Part shown: piece by piece, positions 60,780 to 64,000 of the stretch
Position numbering within the stretch: position 1 is the first letter of the stretch
Layout: each line of letters opens with the position of its first letter
Program-made: the position numbers and the translations under genes
Origin: Epithemia pelagica
Taxonomy: Eukaryota; Protista; Bacillariophyta
Length of the DNA: 64,000 nucleotides
Direction of reading: 5' to 3'
Assembly: GCA_946965045.2 (NCBI GenBank)
Contig: OX337232.1
Span: 310,001 to 374,000 of the forward strand
The notes under the pieces: model-generated
Databases searched by the model: none
Told to the model about the DNA's origin: nothing
What the model saw: the letters and a program-made list of their open reading frames with translations, nothing else

Positions 60780-63502
60780 ATGACCTTGTTGGATCCACCG
60801 CTTACGATTTTGCAATTGTTGCATCAATCCCTGGTCCCTGGAGACCCAAGCACCAAGGCAACCGCGACGACGACAGAGAATGATGACAAGACGAGTGGTG
60901 AGGACGAAGAAGTCTTGTCCTATGTGGCGTTTTTGGCGGCTGGATTGGCCGAAGCCAATGAATTTGATCCCTCTGTATGGAGCAATGTCTTGACACCCTA
61001 CTTGCAACCCGACGATCCCACCCTGTCCACCAGCACCAGCAGCGCTCCGTCGGTCGATCCATCCACTATTGTGGAAACCTTTCGTCAAGCCACGGAACGT
61101 GCCTTTGTCAAGGTGGATGAGGATGAATCGGTGGGTGGTGACGACGAGGAAGGCGTCGAGGAAATTTGTAATATTCGCTTCAATTTGGCCTATGGAGGCA
61201 AAATTTTGTTGCATCAAACCAAATTGCGCTTGTTGCGGGGTCGTCGCTATGCCTTGGTGGGTCAGAACGGGGTCGGTAAAACCACACTCATGAATGCCAT
61301 TAATACGGGCAAATTAGAAGGATGGCCGGCCGATGAATTAACGACCGCCTATGTCGATTCCGGTTCCAACGTCGATCCCGATCATGAAGCCCAAATTGTC
61401 ATTCAATACATTATGGATTCCTGTCCCCAACGTACCAAGGAAGAATGTGTGGCCAAAATGCAAGAATTGGACTTTACCGATGAAATGTTGGAGGGGAACA
61501 TTGGAGCCCTGTCGGGTGGGTGGCAAATGAAAATGAGATTGGTACGAGCCGTGTAAGTATACTATTGTATCTAGTGTCGGTTGTCGTTGAGGATCGGGCG
61601 ATGCAAAGTGTGTCCCAATGGAGCTGTACCTGTTGGCGAAAATTAGTTCATGTCTTATGGGTGGGTCTGTTTTCATTCACATTTTGTCTTGTGCATGTTC
61701 TGTCTTGTCACACAGTTTGATCAACCCGGATATTTATCTCATGGACGAGCCGACCAATCACTTGAGTAAATCGGCGATTGAATGGATTACCAATTACTTG
61801 TTGACCTTGACGCACCAAACCGTGGTGATTGTCAGTCACGACACGACCTTTTTGGAAAATGTGTGTACCGATGTCATTCATTACGAACAACGCGATGTCT
61901 GGGGTCCCTACCGTCGCTTGGTCCATTACAAGACCAAAATGTCGGAATTTGTCCAGTTGCAGCCCCAAGCCAAGCATTACTTTGAATTGGCCACGACCGA
62001 TCAAGTCAAGTATGTCTTTCCCGAACCGGGACGACTGGAGGGAGTCAAGACTTCGACGCAAAAGTTTTTGGAAATGGAACGAGTCAATTTCCGGTATCCC
62101 GGACGAGAACGTAATACCTTGACCAACATTCATTTGAAAATGACCCTGTCGTCTCGCGTCGTCGTGTACGTATACTGGACCAATCGCCAGTGCCTCTTTT
62201 CGTCCTGCTTGATTTATGATCTCACACTTTCTGATCAATCCTTGCTCTCTTCTGTACCTCTTTTTACGTTTCGTCCTTGGGCAACGGACTCTACCACGTT
62301 CCAGATTGGGTGCCAATGGTGCCGGAAAGACCACCTTGATTAAAATGATTGTCGGAGAGACGATTCCGAGCAACTTGGGCGAATGCAAGTTTCACATTCA
62401 TCCCAATTTACGCATTGCCTATGTAGCCCAGCACGCCTTTGCCCATGTGGAACATCACATGGAATCCAGCCCCGTCTCGTACATTCAATGGCGATTCAAG
62501 GATGGCTGGGATCGGGAAAAGTTGGAATCCGAAGCCTTTCGCATTACGCCCGAGGAACAGGCCATTATGGACGACTTTGGTTTGGAAGATATTTGGAGTC
62601 GTCGCATGCGCGGCGGCAAATTGGAGTATGAAGTCAAGAAACGCAATGTGCCGGAAAAGGACAATAAGTATTACAGTCGCGATGAATTGTTGGCCATGGG
62701 CTTGGAGCATTTGATTAAACAAACGGATGAAAAGATTGCCTCCCGGGAAGCCGGCTTGGATTTACGTCCCGTGACCACGACGGAAATTCAAGGTCATTTG
62801 GATGGCTTTGGGTTGCCCCAAGAATTTGGAACCTATGGCAAAATTCGTGGTTTGTCGGGTGGACAAAAGGTCAAGTTGGTCTTGGCGGCAGCCTTTTGGA
62901 CGGTTCCCCATTTGGTCATTTTGGATGAACCCACCAACTATTTGGTATGTGGTGTGGTAGCATGATGTGTGTGTCTTGTTGTATCGTAACATTTGGGTCG
63001 GAATTCCATCTCATGCATCCTCCTCCTCCTTGTTGTCGTTTTGGTGTGCTCATGTCTCGTGGTCGATTCGTAGGATCGCGAAAACTTGGGCGCCTTGAGC
63101 AAGGCCTTGAACGAATGGGGTGGTGCCGTGTTGATGATTTCGCACAATGAAGAATTTTATTCCAGTGTCTGCAAGGAGGAATGGCAGTTGGTCAATGGCG
63201 AATTGTCTATTCAAGGCGTTTCGGACGAACGCGAAATGAAGGCTGTGGCGCGCAAGAAAAAGCAAGCCAAGGAGGATACCGACGAACAAGTGTTGGAAAA
63301 GGCGGGTGGAAATACCAATACCGATGGCGATCGGTACAAGGATGCGACGGTGAATTTTTGGGGCCAGACCGTCTCCAAAAAGGAAGCCCGATCGTACGAA
63401 AAGGCCAAGAAAAAGGGCGATGTCGAAACCATGCGCAAAGTCTTGCAAATCCCCAAGGGCAAAATCATGCCTGGATACGAAGAGTTGGGGGATGGCAATT
63501 AA
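60780..63502 (+). CDS. EF3: eEF3-like ABC-F protein (4HB, ABC1, ABC2 with chromodomain-like insert); introns 61553-61715, 62166-62304, 62945-63073
   Basis: CNIRFNLAYGGKILL...GQNGVGKTTL; LSGGWQMK; DEPTNHL; LSSRVVVLGANGAGKTT; IAYVAQHAFAH...YIQWRF; LSGGQKVKLVLAAA. The spliced CDS is 2292 nt (763 aa). Confidence 0.9.
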
Positions 63503-63900
63503 GAAATAGCTTGCGCACCGAGAGTCGTGTTGTCGAGACAGTGCGGCCATGGTGGACCCATGAGGTGTGTTGTTTGTGAAAGCGCCTGGACAGAGGAGAA
63601 CAAGCAACTGATTTATACATTCTTGGTTCTCCCTAAAATGAATATAGGATGAGATAAATGGTTATGTCTTTGGATTGGAATACGATCTAGACTTCTCTGG
63701 CGGAAGAAGTCCAACCTACTGGAGCATAGATTGGGTCATCACGACGCCTCTAGCTATTTATGCTACCCATAGTAGGATCACGACTTTGGGATGGGAGTCG
63801 CACGCGCGGTCGCTGTCACGCACCTACACACCGCGTCGTCGCCACCATTTCAAATTCTCAACCCAAATAACGAAAGAGAAACCCTCTGGACCAGCAAAAC

Positions 63901-64000
63901 ATGTCAGAGAATCCAGACGACCCAAATCAAGCATCTACAGCTGCGGCATTACAAGTCGACGAGGCTGGAGGTGGCGGTCGAGGTGGACGAGGTGGACGAG
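63901..64000 (+). CDS. Possible start of a gene with RGG repeats, cut by the window edge
   Basis: ATG...MSENPDDPNQAS...GGGGRGGRGGR is open to the end of the window. Confidence 0.3.
   Translation, partial: MSENPDDPNQASTAAALQVDEAGGGGRGGRGGR

Overview
This is eukaryotic nuclear DNA with short GT-AG introns, most likely from a pennate diatom (inferred from the HSF, a CoDi-type copia, signal peptide + AF[S/A]P plastid-targeting motifs and AapJ-like binding proteins). Apparently intact genes: HSF, HSP20, a sigma-like GST, an LRR-like gene, plastid-targeted hypotheticals, a NAT/xanthine-uracil permease and an eEF3-like ABC-F protein. The stretch from about 22.4 to 54.8 kb is a patchwork of truncated, rearranged paralogs and includes a 2463-bp tandem array. 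The most striking object is a 6780-bp hAT DNA transposon (30198-36977). It has perfect 14-bp TIRs, an 8-bp TSD and a paralogous empty site in the same window. Besides its transposase it carries a convergent cargo gene with an endonuclease III/HhH-GPD DNA glycosylase domain, and a 55-bp tandem array lies between the two genes. Other notable signals: a copia gag and pol in the same frame separated by a single UGA plus a hairpin (possible readthrough); a UGA at a Cys-aligned position shared by two diverged binding-protein paralogs; a TA-flanked MITE with 18-bp palindromes; and an (AAC)62 expansion. Several single-base frameshifts may be assembly errors. All analysis was done by eye and no database searches were run.
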